DNA from: a virus
Lineage: Duplodnaviria > Heunggongvirae > Uroviricota > Caudoviricetes
DNA: 64,000 nucleotides
IMG/VR virus record: IMGVR_UViG_3300045993_000138
Reading direction: 5' to 3' (one strand)
The translations under genes and the position numbers were made by a program. Positions 52,456-63,372 of this stretch are shown in pieces (position 1 is the stretch's first letter; the number at the start of each line of letters is the position of its first letter). The notes under the pieces were generated by a model. The model had not been told where the DNA came from. It ran no database searches and worked only from the letters and a program-made list of their open reading frames with translations.

Positions 52456-55080
52456 ATGACAACTCCTAATAAAATATCTTTACTGATTGATAATCAGATA
52501 CCAGACTTTATCAAGTCTGATCATCCTGCATTTGTCAATTTCGTAAAGGCATATTATCAGTGGTTGGATGACGTAAACACTGGAAAGGTCTTATATCAGA
52601 CTCGAAAACTGCTGGACTATTCTGATATCGATGCGACTACGGACGAATTTATTCAGCATTTTAGAAATGAATTTCTACCATATTTTCCAGAAGATATTCT
52701 AGCAGACAAGCCAAAGCTTATCAAACAGATTCGCGAATTCTATCAGAAGAAAGGTAGTGAAGAATCTCTCAAGTTCCTATTCAGAGTCTTGTACAAGCAG
52801 GATATCGACGTTCTATATCCAAAAGAAAATATTCTAAAGGCATCGGATGGTAAGTGGAAACTTCCACTTGCATTGAGACTTACCACATCAAATACCAGTT
52901 CATCTTTCGATGTAAGCACACTAGACAAGAGATTGGCATTTGGCTCAGTATCAAGAGCAAGTTGTATTATAGAATCGGCGTACAGAACCATCGATTCTGG
53001 AACTAATGCCGATATTTTCGAACTCTATATTTCGAATCTAAATCGCACATTTAATAATGGTGAGAATCTCGAAATTAGTGTTCCTGATATTAACGGAAAT
53101 ATGGTAGTCATATTCTCAGAACAGATCATCGGATCTATTTCGAATCTAAAAATAGATCCAAGAAATAGAGGATTGAGATACAGAACTGGAGATCCAGTTG
53201 TCTTCGTGAATGGATTAGGTAATACTGCGACAGCTTCAAAGGCAGTCGCATACGTCAACAATGTAACCACAGGACAGATTCAGTCCATAGTAGTTAATGA
53301 CGGTGGATATGGATTCAGACAATGGACAAACAGCATCATCACTATCACATCACAGATAGGTGATAATGGAAGTGGTGCGAATGCAATCATATCAGAAATC
53401 GATGCAGATAATTCTGTTGCATTCCGAGTAGTCACAGATTCAATATATGCCTATGCAAATGTTCATTTAAATACCGCGTCATACCTATTTCCAAATATGT
53501 CCAGTGCAAACATCAATACTGCTTTGAGTAGAGCATTATCTACTGAAGTTTTGACTATTGCACCAATCAAATCCGTATTTTTGGAGAATGGTGGTGGTGG
53601 ATATTCACAAGTACCAACCATTACTCCAACTTCTGCGTTCAATACAGATTTGTCATATCTATATTATCCAAATATTGCAAGTAGCCCAACTAACTTTAGC
53701 AATTGGGCTAACACTCGACAATATATTCTAGATCTAGGAACGATTGCCAATATAGAAATTCTTAATGGTGGCGGTGGATACGATAACACTACAGACACAA
53801 TTTATATTAGTGGTATTGGAAATGGTCGTGGAGCAACATTTGATTTTACCACAGATGTCGATGGAGTTATAATTTCTGCTAGTGTAATTAATGGCGGAGA
53901 AGGATATAGAACTACTGATGTTGCAATAGATAGTGATATAAGTGGTGGAGGTGGTGCAATATTAGTTGCATATCGTTATGGTGAAGGTGCAAACCTAACT
54001 CCAACTGTAGACGATATTGGGAGAATCAAAGATTTCAGATTCACAAGTAGAGGATCTGGTTATATAGACACTCCAAGAGTATCTCTAAGAATTAGTGATC
54101 TTATCTTGAGTAATGTCGGTGATCAGTTCGGTATGATCAAAGGTGGAGATTTCGTATATCAAGGTGCAAACCTTAACACCTATACATACTATGCAACGGT
54201 CGAATCATACAATACTAGTAATTCTCAAATCAGACTATACGATTACTCTGGTGCTATTAATACTTCGGCTAACTTGAAGTTTGCCACATTCAATGCTGGA
54301 ATTTCCAATGCAGTTTCCTATGGAAACGGTCTTGCAAAAGCAAATGCAGAGTTCCTGAATGGATTGATTCGATATGATGGATTCTATCTGAACACAGACG
54401 GATTCTTGAGTGCGGATAAGAGACTACAGGATGCTGTCAAGTATCACAACTATTCGTATGTCGTCATTGCCGAAAAGGCATTGGAAGAATACAGACAGGC
54501 ATTGCTGGATATTATCCACCCATCTGGAATGAAACTACTCGGCTATAACCAACTTCTTAATATCGTTGAATATGAAGATGGGGTTACTTCTGATCTAGAC
54601 AAGATCATTTCCAATGGAAATGTCGGTACTATTACAACAGATTCTTTCTCTCCAACTGGAATCGTACAAGGATTCTCTGGCACTGCATTTACCAGTGCCA
54701 AAGCTAATGACTTGTTGGTTATCAGTTCGAATAATTCAAATGTACAGGTGAAGATCATATCTTCAATAGCCTCGGCTAATCAACTAGTACTAGAAAGTAA
54801 CACTAGGATTGTTGGTAGTGGTAGTTTAATTGCTTCGAATGGAGATACAACAATAGTGGTTGTAGATAGCGTAGGACAAACTGTTGTTAGCGCAACCGAT
54901 ATTATCTCATACAACGTCGGCGGAACAATATATTTTAATAGTATTATAGGTGTAACTGGGAATATATTAACGCTAGATGGTGACACACCAACGACAGTAA
55001 CATTGAATAATGTATATCCTTGGTTCATCTATCCAACCTTCAACAACGTATCTTACCAAATAGTCTCAACTGGTGGGTAA
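52456..55080 (+). CDS. gp7: baseplate wedge initiator gp7-like
   Basis: F..FVKAYY, KG..ESLKFLFR.LY, LQD..YH.YSY, HPSG; between gp6 and gp8. Confidence 0.8.
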   Translation: MTTPNKISLLIDNQIPDFIKSDHPAFVNFVKAYYQWLDDVNTGKVLYQTRKLLDYSDIDATTDEFIQHFRNEFLPYFPEDILADKPKLIKQIREFYQKKGSEESLKFLFRVLYKQDIDVLYPKENILKASDGKWKLPLALRLTTSNTSSSFDVSTLDKRLAFGSVSRASCIIESAYRTIDSGTNADIFELYISNLNRTFNNGENLEISVPDINGNMVVIFSEQIIGSISNLKIDPRNRGLRYRTGDPVVFVNGLGNTATASKAVAYVNNVTTGQIQSIVVNDGGYGFRQWTNSIITITSQIGDNGSGANAIISEIDADNSVAFRVVTDSIYAYANVHLNTASYLFPNMSSANINTALSRALSTEVLTIAPIKSVFLENGGGGYSQVPTITPTSAFNTDLSYLYYPNIASSPTNFSNWANTRQYILDLGTIANIEILNGGGGYDNTTDTIYISGIGNGRGATFDFTTDVDGVIISASVINGGEGYRTTDVAIDSDISGGGGAILVAYRYGEGANLTPTVDDIGRIKDFRFTSRGSGYIDTPRVSLRISDLILSNVGDQFGMIKGGDFVYQGANLNTYTYYATVESYNTSNSQIRLYDYSGAINTSANLKFATFNAGISNAVSYGNGLAKANAEFLNGLIRYDGFYLNTDGFLSADKRLQDAVKYHNYSYVVIAEKALEEYRQALLDIIHPSGMKLLGYNQLLNIVEYEDGVTSDLDKIISNGNVGTITTDSFSPTGIVQGFSGTAFTSAKANDLLVISSNNSNVQVKIISSIASANQLVLESNTRIVGSGSLIASNGDTTIVVVDSVGQTVVSATDIISYNVGGTIYFNSIIGVTGNILTLDGDTPTTVTLNNVYPWFIYPTFNNVSYQIVSTGG

Positions 55081-55092
55081 ATAAATAGAAAC

Positions 55093-56685
55093 ATGAAAAA
55101 CTTAAACACAATCAAAAATAGAGTTCTGTCAGCCACAGCATACAAAGAGATGCTGACTGGAAGTACATCTAATGCCTATATTGGCATTTCTAGACCATTG
55201 ACTTGGGATCTTAATGTTGCGCCACAGCCAACAGAGACTACATCTGATCTCAATTCTGCTATGTTAGACATGATTGCTTTAAAGAGAACAACCGCATCTG
55301 ATATGTCTCTTGTAATTCCAAGAGTAGATTGGAAATCCAATACAATTTATTCTGAATATACAGAAACACTAGATCTTTATGCTTACAATAGCTACTCTCC
55401 ATTGACTGGAACAGCCAATGCGAACGTAAGTTCCAATTTGATCATAGGAACCGGAACCAACTTCACATCTAACCTATCTGTAGGTGATTTTGTTACCATG
55501 TATGGAGATTCTAACACTTCTCCATTAGTAACTAAGGAAGTAGTATCGATAACTAGTAACGTTCAGCTTGTTGTGAACAGTGTATTCAGTGCCAACTATT
55601 CCTCCAATTCAATATACAAAAATCAAGGAAGCTATCCAAAATTTGCGAATAGCTTCTATGTAAGAAACACCAGAGATCAGGTATTCAAGTGCCTCTATAA
55701 TAAGTTTTCAGCGTATTCAACCAGTATGCCAGAGATTACCATCGATGGACAGCTTCCAGAAAATCCATATATCGAAACTGGAGATGGATATAAGTGGAAA
55801 TACATGTATACCATTCCATCTGGAGTGAAGGAAAAGTTCTTCACCAAAGATTGGATGCCAGTACTGTCCGAGACTGCCGTAGTAACCAATGCTGTAGACG
55901 GAAGACTTGATATTATCAAGATTATCAATGGTGGTGCGGGATATCAGGCAAACGGAAGTTGCACTTCTGCCAATATCATAACCGTAGTTGGTGATGGAGT
56001 TTCTGCAAACCTAACCGCTAATGTTGTGAATGGTGTCATTGACAAGATTCATGTTTTGAATGGTGGTTCTGGATATACCAACGCAATCATTACTATAACA
56101 GATACTGGAACCAGCAATGCAAATATCGTTGCCGTTATTGGACCACAAAATGGACATGGTTCGAACTCGGCATATGAATTGGGTGCAACAAATTTGATGA
56201 TTAGTGTGAATTTGGATGCCGATGAGAATGGAACCATTCCAACAACAACAAATCTGGATGCTTTCGATTATCGTCAGGTAATGATAATGCGAAACCCAAA
56301 GAGTTCAGTAGACGGAAGTTACTTGAACAACATTAATTACACAACCACATATATCGCAAGAATTGCTTCTCCACCAGCCAACTCAAATTTCAGATTGGAT
56401 GAAACCGTGTACCAAGGAAGTTCTTTGGCTACTGCGACATTCTCTGGAATCGTTGTAAACTGGAGAACGACAGATAACGAATTGTGGCTAACTAATGTTC
56501 AGGGAACCTTCGCCAATTCTACCCCTATAAAGGGAACTGTACAGCTAAATGCAGTAACGGCATTCACTCTCTCACCACCGGCATATAGACTATATTCGGG
56601 TGAAACCCTATATATAGAAAACAGGCTTCCAATTGTGCGTAGTCCATATCAAACAGAACAGATCAAACTGGTTCTCTCTTTTTAG
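55093..56685 (+). CDS. gp8: baseplate wedge subunit gp8
   Basis: PR.DW, VFKCL, DGYKWKYMY, YRQV, YIENR, EQIKLV. Confidence 0.88.
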   Translation: MKNLNTIKNRVLSATAYKEMLTGSTSNAYIGISRPLTWDLNVAPQPTETTSDLNSAMLDMIALKRTTASDMSLVIPRVDWKSNTIYSEYTETLDLYAYNSYSPLTGTANANVSSNLIIGTGTNFTSNLSVGDFVTMYGDSNTSPLVTKEVVSITSNVQLVVNSVFSANYSSNSIYKNQGSYPKFANSFYVRNTRDQVFKCLYNKFSAYSTSMPEITIDGQLPENPYIETGDGYKWKYMYTIPSGVKEKFFTKDWMPVLSETAVVTNAVDGRLDIIKIINGGAGYQANGSCTSANIITVVGDGVSANLTANVVNGVIDKIHVLNGGSGYTNAIITITDTGTSNANIVAVIGPQNGHGSNSAYELGATNLMISVNLDADENGTIPTTTNLDAFDYRQVMIMRNPKSSVDGSYLNNINYTTTYIARIASPPANSNFRLDETVYQGSSLATATFSGIVVNWRTTDNELWLTNVQGTFANSTPIKGTVQLNAVTAFTLSPPAYRLYSGETLYIENRLPIVRSPYQTEQIKLVLSF

Positions 56686-56695
56686 GTAACAAATA

Positions 56696-59600
56696 ATGGA
56701 TTTTAACAATAACCCATATTACGATGACTTTGAAGCCACTGGTGGTCCGAAGGATAGTAATTACATGCGAATTCTCTTCAAGCCTGGGCAAGCAGTCCAA
56801 GCCAGAGAATTGACCCAAATCCAATCTATCTTACAGAATCAGATCAAGTCATTCGGTGATCACGTTTTCCAAGATGGTTCGCCAGTTCATGGTGGTCATC
56901 TATCGATAGACACCAAAGTTAAGTCCATAAAAGTAGAACAGCAATATAACCTAAGTGATATCATTCCATCCAGCTTTAACAATCAGGTTATTACGAATGA
57001 TGGAATTGTAAATAACAAGGCAGCTTATGTCTTGGCTGTGGATGAAACACAGCAATACCCAACTCTAATGATTCGTTATTTGAGAGGAACTGAACTTGGT
57101 GATGGTGAATCAATTCAAGTTCCAGTCGATACAACGATCAAAGCAACACTAATTTCTTCTAATGCGAATACTACAGGTTCTGTTGTTTCTATTAACGAAG
57201 GTATTTTCTACGTCGGTGGCTACTTTGTCTACGTGTCTCCACAGACAATCGTGCTAGACCCATATGGATCCACCCCAACATACAGAGTCGGACTACAGAT
57301 TGACGAGACAATTATTGATGTTTCACAAGATTCATCACTATTAGATCCTGCACAGGGTTCCTTCAACTATCAGGCACCGGGTGCTGATCGATTCCAGTTC
57401 AATCTAGTTCTCTCTAAGAGAACTCTGGATTCTGTTGATGATAGCCAGTTCTTCGAGCTTCTTCGTGTTGAAAATGGGACTATCACAAAGCAAGTTGATT
57501 ACCCATTATACTCTGATATAGAAAAGACTCTTGCCAGAAGAACCTATGACCAATCTGGTGACTACACTGTAGTTGCATGGCAAGCTTCACCAGAAGCAAA
57601 TACTGCAAATACTGCCGTATTCGATCTTGCAATCGATGCTGGTAAAGGATATGTCAAAGGATTTGAATTCGAAACTATCGCAACAACCAAGATTCCAGTA
57701 GATAAGGCGAGAACAACAAGTACAAGTTCGGATTATGATTTATCCTTGGAATATGGAAATTACGTTACAGTATCTAACGTATATGCTGGATTTTTAACTT
57801 CTTTCGACATTGCGGCATTTGAAACAGTAGATTTACATACAGTACAATCTGGTATCATAAACACAGATACTCTACAAGATTATCGTTCGACTAAGATTGG
57901 TACAACAAAGATAAGAAACATTGTGAAAGCTGGAGATATTACATATTATGCATATCTTCTAGACCTAAACACTTCTCCATTGATACTTGGAGTTACAGGT
58001 ACACCTACACTGAACACAATTCAGTTTGGCAACAATGCGTATTCCAATGCCGCAAGTCAGAGTGGAGCATATGATAATATTGATATCAGCGTTATTGACG
58101 GAACTGCTATTGGTGATATCAGAAAGATTATATCATATGATGGTACCACACAAATCGCCACAGTAGATAGAAATTTCTCTGTGGTTCCAGATTCAAGTAC
58201 GATAGTATCACTCAATTTCTCTGTAAAAGATATTGATTCTGTCGTACAAACACCAATAGTATATGATGTAGCGAAACGTATATATAGTACACAATCATCA
58301 GCAGGACGACCAGACACTCTTGATGGTAAAGCGTGTATGGATATTGATGTTTCTGGTAAGAGTGTGGGTGGAAATACATTTGTTCAGGCTACAAATCTAA
58401 ACAAACTTCTATTCAGATTTCCAGAGTCATATATTGCCCAAGGCAGCATAACAAGTGCTGAATTCATGCACAAGAAGCTAATTAAGAATGTCACATTCAT
58501 AGGTGCAAACGCAACAATTAGCTCGGAATTAGGTCCATACGAATCTTTCTATTATGGTTCTGATGGACAGAATCTTTCTCCAGTCACTAGTAATCTGAAT
58601 TTTTCAGTATTTGTAACTAATAGTGCAAACTCTAACGTTGCAATCAACGGAACACCAATTGATTTTGTAAATGGACCTAGTGTTGGTGGACCAGCACAGG
58701 CAAGCATATATAGAATATCAGAAACTGAAATGAAATTATTCAGTGGTTATTCTGGAGACTTTGCTGCTGATGTATTGGTTAATGTCAGAGTAAAGAATTC
58801 GGAAATTTCTGGTAACAGAAGGTCTAAGACACTTTACGGCAATACTGCAAATACCACTTTGGCTACTACTGATTTGTACACCAATGGTGCGCCAGTAAAC
58901 GGTGATGCCAATACATATATCGATAAAGCAAATGGATATGTCTGGTTTACAAGTAACACAACAATTCAAAGAGTTCCTGGTGTTCCACAATCTCTCTATG
59001 TTCCAGATGTAATAAACATCATTGCAATCTATGATTCTGGAAATATTCTATATCCTCCAAATACTACAAATGCCATCGATATCACTTCAAATTATATGTT
59101 TGATAGTGGTCAAAATGATAATTACTATGATCATGCATTTATTACTTTAAGAGATACCGCACAACCACCAGCAGGTCAAATTGTTGTGATGGCACAATAT
59201 TTTGATCATGATGATAAGCAGGGTTATTTTAGTGCTGATTCATATTCACTGTCCGCGTATAGTAATAATCAGATTCCACTATACAGTTCAAAGACAATTG
59301 GATCGTTCTCTCTAAGAGATGCTATTGACTTTAGACCAACTAGAACAATCGGAACCGATGCAAACGTATCAAGTTTCAATATTAATGGTCTGTATATTCC
59401 AGATCAAGATGATCCTATGAATTTGAGTTATGCATTCTATCTACCAAGAATAGATAAGTTGATTGCGACTCAGGACAAAGAATTCAAGCTTCTAACTGGC
59501 ACTCCAGCTATCGTACCTCACACTCCAAGTGACTCTGATAACGGAATGACACTCTATACAATCTATATTCCACCATATACTGCTGATATTCGCGATATTA

Positions 59601-60454
59601 AGTTGTCATATTTTGAAAATCGTCGTTACACAATGCGTGATATTGGTAGCTTGGAAAAGAGAATTGAACATATCGAATACTACACATCTTTGAGCTTGCT
59701 TGAAGAAAGTGCTAGAAATCAATCAGTATTGTATCAAGATTCTGCTCTACAGAAAGAAAAGTATGGTATTCTAGTTGATCAATTCGATGGATTCAATATC
59801 GCAGATAACAAGAATCCAGATTTGATCTGCCAGTTATCTTTTAATGAACTCAAGCCATACAAGATAACAACTGCTACTGAGTTGAATCTAGTTTCGAGTA
59901 GTGGTTCTCTATATCAGGAAAATGATAAGACATTCTGCCTATCATTCACTGAAACTCCTGCGATTGTGCAGAATACTGCTACTAAGTCTATAAGTGTTCA
60001 GCCATATCTATTTGGTCAATTTGACGGCAGCGTTCGACTAACTCCAGATAGTGACTATTGGATGAGTACTACATTGGTTCCAGTTGTTGTATCTCCACCA
60101 ACAGATGTTGTGTCTGTATCGACACCACCATTGGCTGGAACCACAGCACTACCAACAACTGGTGGAATCACTTCGACTCTATCAACAAACAATCCAATTT
60201 TCAGTATTGGACATGGTGCATCGTATGTTGTCGGTGGAATTGGTATCGGTTCTGGATTGAATTATCTTGGATATGGGTTTATAAACTGGAATAAATACTG
60301 GAGTACTACGAATACTACGGCATCGTTGATTCAGACTTCTGTTCCATCTGCTGTCGTCCAGAAGACTATCACTGCACCGGCAATTTCGAATAGTTTGACT
60401 CTGGCTGCTGGCGGCGGCGCTAGAGCATCTGGTGGCTCGGTCAAGCTGCTATAA
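56696..60454 (+). CDS. large virion structural protein (VrlC/DUF4815-like), N-terminal part
   Basis: PYYDDF, F.PG.AVQARELTQIQS, APGADR, LARRTYD.SG, RRYTMRDIG. Confidence 0.85.
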   Translation: MDFNNNPYYDDFEATGGPKDSNYMRILFKPGQAVQARELTQIQSILQNQIKSFGDHVFQDGSPVHGGHLSIDTKVKSIKVEQQYNLSDIIPSSFNNQVITNDGIVNNKAAYVLAVDETQQYPTLMIRYLRGTELGDGESIQVPVDTTIKATLISSNANTTGSVVSINEGIFYVGGYFVYVSPQTIVLDPYGSTPTYRVGLQIDETIIDVSQDSSLLDPAQGSFNYQAPGADRFQFNLVLSKRTLDSVDDSQFFELLRVENGTITKQVDYPLYSDIEKTLARRTYDQSGDYTVVAWQASPEANTANTAVFDLAIDAGKGYVKGFEFETIATTKIPVDKARTTSTSSDYDLSLEYGNYVTVSNVYAGFLTSFDIAAFETVDLHTVQSGIINTDTLQDYRSTKIGTTKIRNIVKAGDITYYAYLLDLNTSPLILGVTGTPTLNTIQFGNNAYSNAASQSGAYDNIDISVIDGTAIGDIRKIISYDGTTQIATVDRNFSVVPDSSTIVSLNFSVKDIDSVVQTPIVYDVAKRIYSTQSSAGRPDTLDGKACMDIDVSGKSVGGNTFVQATNLNKLLFRFPESYIAQGSITSAEFMHKKLIKNVTFIGANATISSELGPYESFYYGSDGQNLSPVTSNLNFSVFVTNSANSNVAINGTPIDFVNGPSVGGPAQASIYRISETEMKLFSGYSGDFAADVLVNVRVKNSEISGNRRSKTLYGNTANTTLATTDLYTNGAPVNGDANTYIDKANGYVWFTSNTTIQRVPGVPQSLYVPDVINIIAIYDSGNILYPPNTTNAIDITSNYMFDSGQNDNYYDHAFITLRDTAQPPAGQIVVMAQYFDHDDKQGYFSADSYSLSAYSNNQIPLYSSKTIGSFSLRDAIDFRPTRTIGTDANVSSFNINGLYIPDQDDPMNLSYAFYLPRIDKLIATQDKEFKLLTGTPAIVPHTPSDSDNGMTLYTIYIPPYTADIRDIKLSYFENRRYTMRDIGSLEKRIEHIEYYTSLSLLEESARNQSVLYQDSALQKEKYGILVDQFDGFNIADNKNPDLICQLSFNELKPYKITTATELNLVSSSGSLYQENDKTFCLSFTETPAIVQNTATKSISVQPYLFGQFDGSVRLTPDSDYWMSTTLVPVVVSPPTDVVSVSTPPLAGTTALPTTGGITSTLSTNNPIFSIGHGASYVVGGIGIGSGLNYLGYGFINWNKYWSTTNTTASLIQTSVPSAVVQKTITAPAISNSLTLAAGGGARASGGSVKLL

Positions 60455-60467
60455 TTAAGGTAAATAA

Positions 60468-63161
60468 ATGGCAAACACTACTACTGTAATTCCATATATC
60501 AGATCCAAAGAGGTTCTGTTTGTTGCGAATAATCTAAAGCCAGATAAGGCAGCGCACTTCTTTTTTGATGACACTAATGTAGATAATTTCGTTCAGAAAT
60601 CTTCGAAGATCGTTCTTACTGCTGGTTATTTGGCAAGCGCATATACACAATCAGAAGGATTGTACTGTAGCACAACGAGAGGATATGCTACAGTAATTGC
60701 TACGTCTCCAATTTATGGACGTAATACAATTTACGTAAATGATAATTATACATCTCTGAATGTAGCAGCCATTGGTGCTAATACATTTAGTTCGACAGAC
60801 TTCAATTATGGGGATATAATCTATTCGTCTCCAAATGGTGCAATTTCGTCCAACACATTCTCGGCAAGAGTTGAATTCTTCAAGTTTAGTGATGGAATAC
60901 TTGTAGTCAAGCCTATCAATGGTACCGCAAGTAACGTAGGCACTGCGCGCTTCCTCTATAACTTAGGAAATGGAAAGTCTGCGAATATCACTAGCTTAGT
61001 GTTCAACACCAAGTTCAATAGTGGCAATATGGTAGTTTCTACCAAGACTGGTAGCTTCTTTACTGTTGCATCATATGAACACAATCATGGTGTAGTACCA
61101 AGAACAAATGCCACTTCCACAGTTCTATGTTTGGCATCACCACCACCATCTACTGCTCTAGGAAATACTGTATATGTAACATCCGGCAGTGGATTAGGTC
61201 AAAGCGCAAGAGTCAACACGATCAATGGATCTAACCTTGTATTAGATACTGCAATTACTGGAATCACTGGAAATACCACATATTCGTTGGGTGTTTCATA
61301 TGTGGATGAACAGGGAACAATTGCTGGAATATATCAACTTCCAGAAACAAATACCTACAAGTTTAGAACTGGTGAAAGAGTTTTCACAATCACAGACACT
61401 CTCAACAAGAATGATCCAGATAATCAGATGTTGGCGACGAGTAAGTTTGTTGCATCTGGAATACTAGAATCATTTGATAAGATGACTCCGGTTGTTCCAC
61501 CAGCACCAGTATCTCCACCACAGAATCGTTTTACGACTCCATCGACTCCATCTCCTATTGCTAATATTCCAAATAGTGGCAAAGGAAGACTCAGAGATCC
61601 TGTGGCACAAACATTCTTTACTCCGCAACCGAATACCAACAAGACTGATTATGGTATTTTCGTTTCATCTATAGACCTATTCTTTAAGAATAAGCCAAAT
61701 AGAGTAACCAATGACATACAACTTCCAGTAACAGTCAAAATTGTCACAACTTCTAATGGATATCCAACAGAAAGTGTACTGGCAGCTATTACAATTCCAT
61801 GTGAAAACGTAAATATCACAGATGGCATTACTACGTTTCCAAGTTCTTCTAATGCGACAACACTAACTAAGTTCTCATTCTCAAATCCAGTTTACTTGTC
61901 ACCAAATCAAGAATATGCTATAGTGGTGTACTCTGATTCTCCTTCATATGAAGTGTGGGTCGCGGAATTGGGTCAGACTGTCATTGGAGATCCGAACAAG
62001 AGAAGAGTCAGTGAACAACCATATATTGGAAGTTTCTTTAGAAGCCAGAATGCTTCTACTTGGACTCCGTTCCAAAACGAAGACATGATGTTCGTAATCA
62101 ATAAGGCAGTATTCAGCAGTGGATCTCAATCTTCATTGTTATTCAACGTTGTTCCTCCAATATCTAATGTCGGTATTCACAACATGATGCTTCACAGCAG
62201 TGACATCACGTTCCCAAATACAACATTGCAATATGCCTTCAGATCTACATTGGCAAGAACACAGGTTATGGATTCGGTATTCACTGCAATTGAAAGAGAT
62301 AAGATTTATAATTTCAGTTCAGACTTAAAGACATCTTCTGTAACCACAAATAGAAAGAGAGAGATTTTTGCTGGAAATGCAAACTCTATGTTCATCGAGG
62401 TGACTGTCGGAACAAATGATTCGGACATATCCCCTATGTTCAATAGTGAAAGACTCTCATTGATCACAGAAGAATATCTAATCAATGATTGTGGAATCTA
62501 CAATGAAAATATCACATTACTAAGTGGTGGTAACTATAGTAACGTAGCCAACGTAATTGTGACAATTTCTGCTCCACAATTGCCTCTCGGAACAACAGCA
62601 ACTGCATATGCTATCAACACCGTTCCAAATGTTGTTAGTGCAATCATTGTAACCAATCCTGGTAGTGGATATGTTGAATCTCCAACCATCACTATCAGTG
62701 GTGCTGGAACTTCTAATGCCACAGCAGTTATTATTTCGGAAGATGGTACTTCTGGCGGAAATGCATTGGCTAGATATCTAACTAAGAAAATTGTTCTAGC
62801 GGATGGATTCGATGCAGGAGATTTGAGAGTATATGTCGATGCAATCAGACCACAAGGCACTAATGTAGTAGCCTACTATAAAGTTCTTTCTGGATCTGAT
62901 CCAGATAGTTTTGATAATAAGAAGTGGAAGAGGATGTATCTACAGAGTAATAATATTTCTCCTGATACGTTGACACCAGTAGAATTGATTTTTAGACCAG
63001 ATGAGACAAGCACTAAATTGTTCTATATTGAAAATGGAGTGACATATCCTCTAGGTGGAAACTTCAAGTATTTCGCAATCAAGTTGGTTATGACTGCGGC
63101 TGACCCTAGTGTTCCACCAATCATTCAGAATATGAGAGCCACTGCTCTTCCAGCGGGATAG
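60468..63161 (+). CDS. large virion structural protein (VrlC/DUF4815-like), C-terminal part
   Basis: IPYIRS, TGERVF, DPVAQTF, SSIDLFF, GSFFRSQNASTW, FAIKLVM. Confidence 0.85.
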   Translation: MANTTTVIPYIRSKEVLFVANNLKPDKAAHFFFDDTNVDNFVQKSSKIVLTAGYLASAYTQSEGLYCSTTRGYATVIATSPIYGRNTIYVNDNYTSLNVAAIGANTFSSTDFNYGDIIYSSPNGAISSNTFSARVEFFKFSDGILVVKPINGTASNVGTARFLYNLGNGKSANITSLVFNTKFNSGNMVVSTKTGSFFTVASYEHNHGVVPRTNATSTVLCLASPPPSTALGNTVYVTSGSGLGQSARVNTINGSNLVLDTAITGITGNTTYSLGVSYVDEQGTIAGIYQLPETNTYKFRTGERVFTITDTLNKNDPDNQMLATSKFVASGILESFDKMTPVVPPAPVSPPQNRFTTPSTPSPIANIPNSGKGRLRDPVAQTFFTPQPNTNKTDYGIFVSSIDLFFKNKPNRVTNDIQLPVTVKIVTTSNGYPTESVLAAITIPCENVNITDGITTFPSSSNATTLTKFSFSNPVYLSPNQEYAIVVYSDSPSYEVWVAELGQTVIGDPNKRRVSEQPYIGSFFRSQNASTWTPFQNEDMMFVINKAVFSSGSQSSLLFNVVPPISNVGIHNMMLHSSDITFPNTTLQYAFRSTLARTQVMDSVFTAIERDKIYNFSSDLKTSSVTTNRKREIFAGNANSMFIEVTVGTNDSDISPMFNSERLSLITEEYLINDCGIYNENITLLSGGNYSNVANVIVTISAPQLPLGTTATAYAINTVPNVVSAIIVTNPGSGYVESPTITISGAGTSNATAVIISEDGTSGGNALARYLTKKIVLADGFDAGDLRVYVDAIRPQGTNVVAYYKVLSGSDPDSFDNKKWKRMYLQSNNISPDTLTPVELIFRPDETSTKLFYIENGVTYPLGGNFKYFAIKLVMTAADPSVPPIIQNMRATALPAG

Positions 63162-63162
63162 A

Positions 63163-63372
63163 ATGTACGCTAAAGTAAAAGAACATAAAGAGTTGGTCAG
63201 AGACATGGAAACGGGTGCTATATTGCACACAGATACTTCTGTCTTGAAGAAACATGAACAAATTATGTTTGAAAAGAATAAACAAGAGCGTCTACAAACA
63301 CAGATAGATAGTCTCAAGAACGATATCTCGGAAATTAAAGAAATGATTAGATCACTAGGCAGGGTCAATTAA
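63163..63372 (+). CDS. small coiled-coil virion-module protein
   Basis: LVRD..TGAI.., C-terminal coiled coil. Confidence 0.75.
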   Translation: MYAKVKEHKELVRDMETGAILHTDTSVLKKHEQIMFEKNKQERLQTQIDSLKNDISEIKEMIRSLGRVN

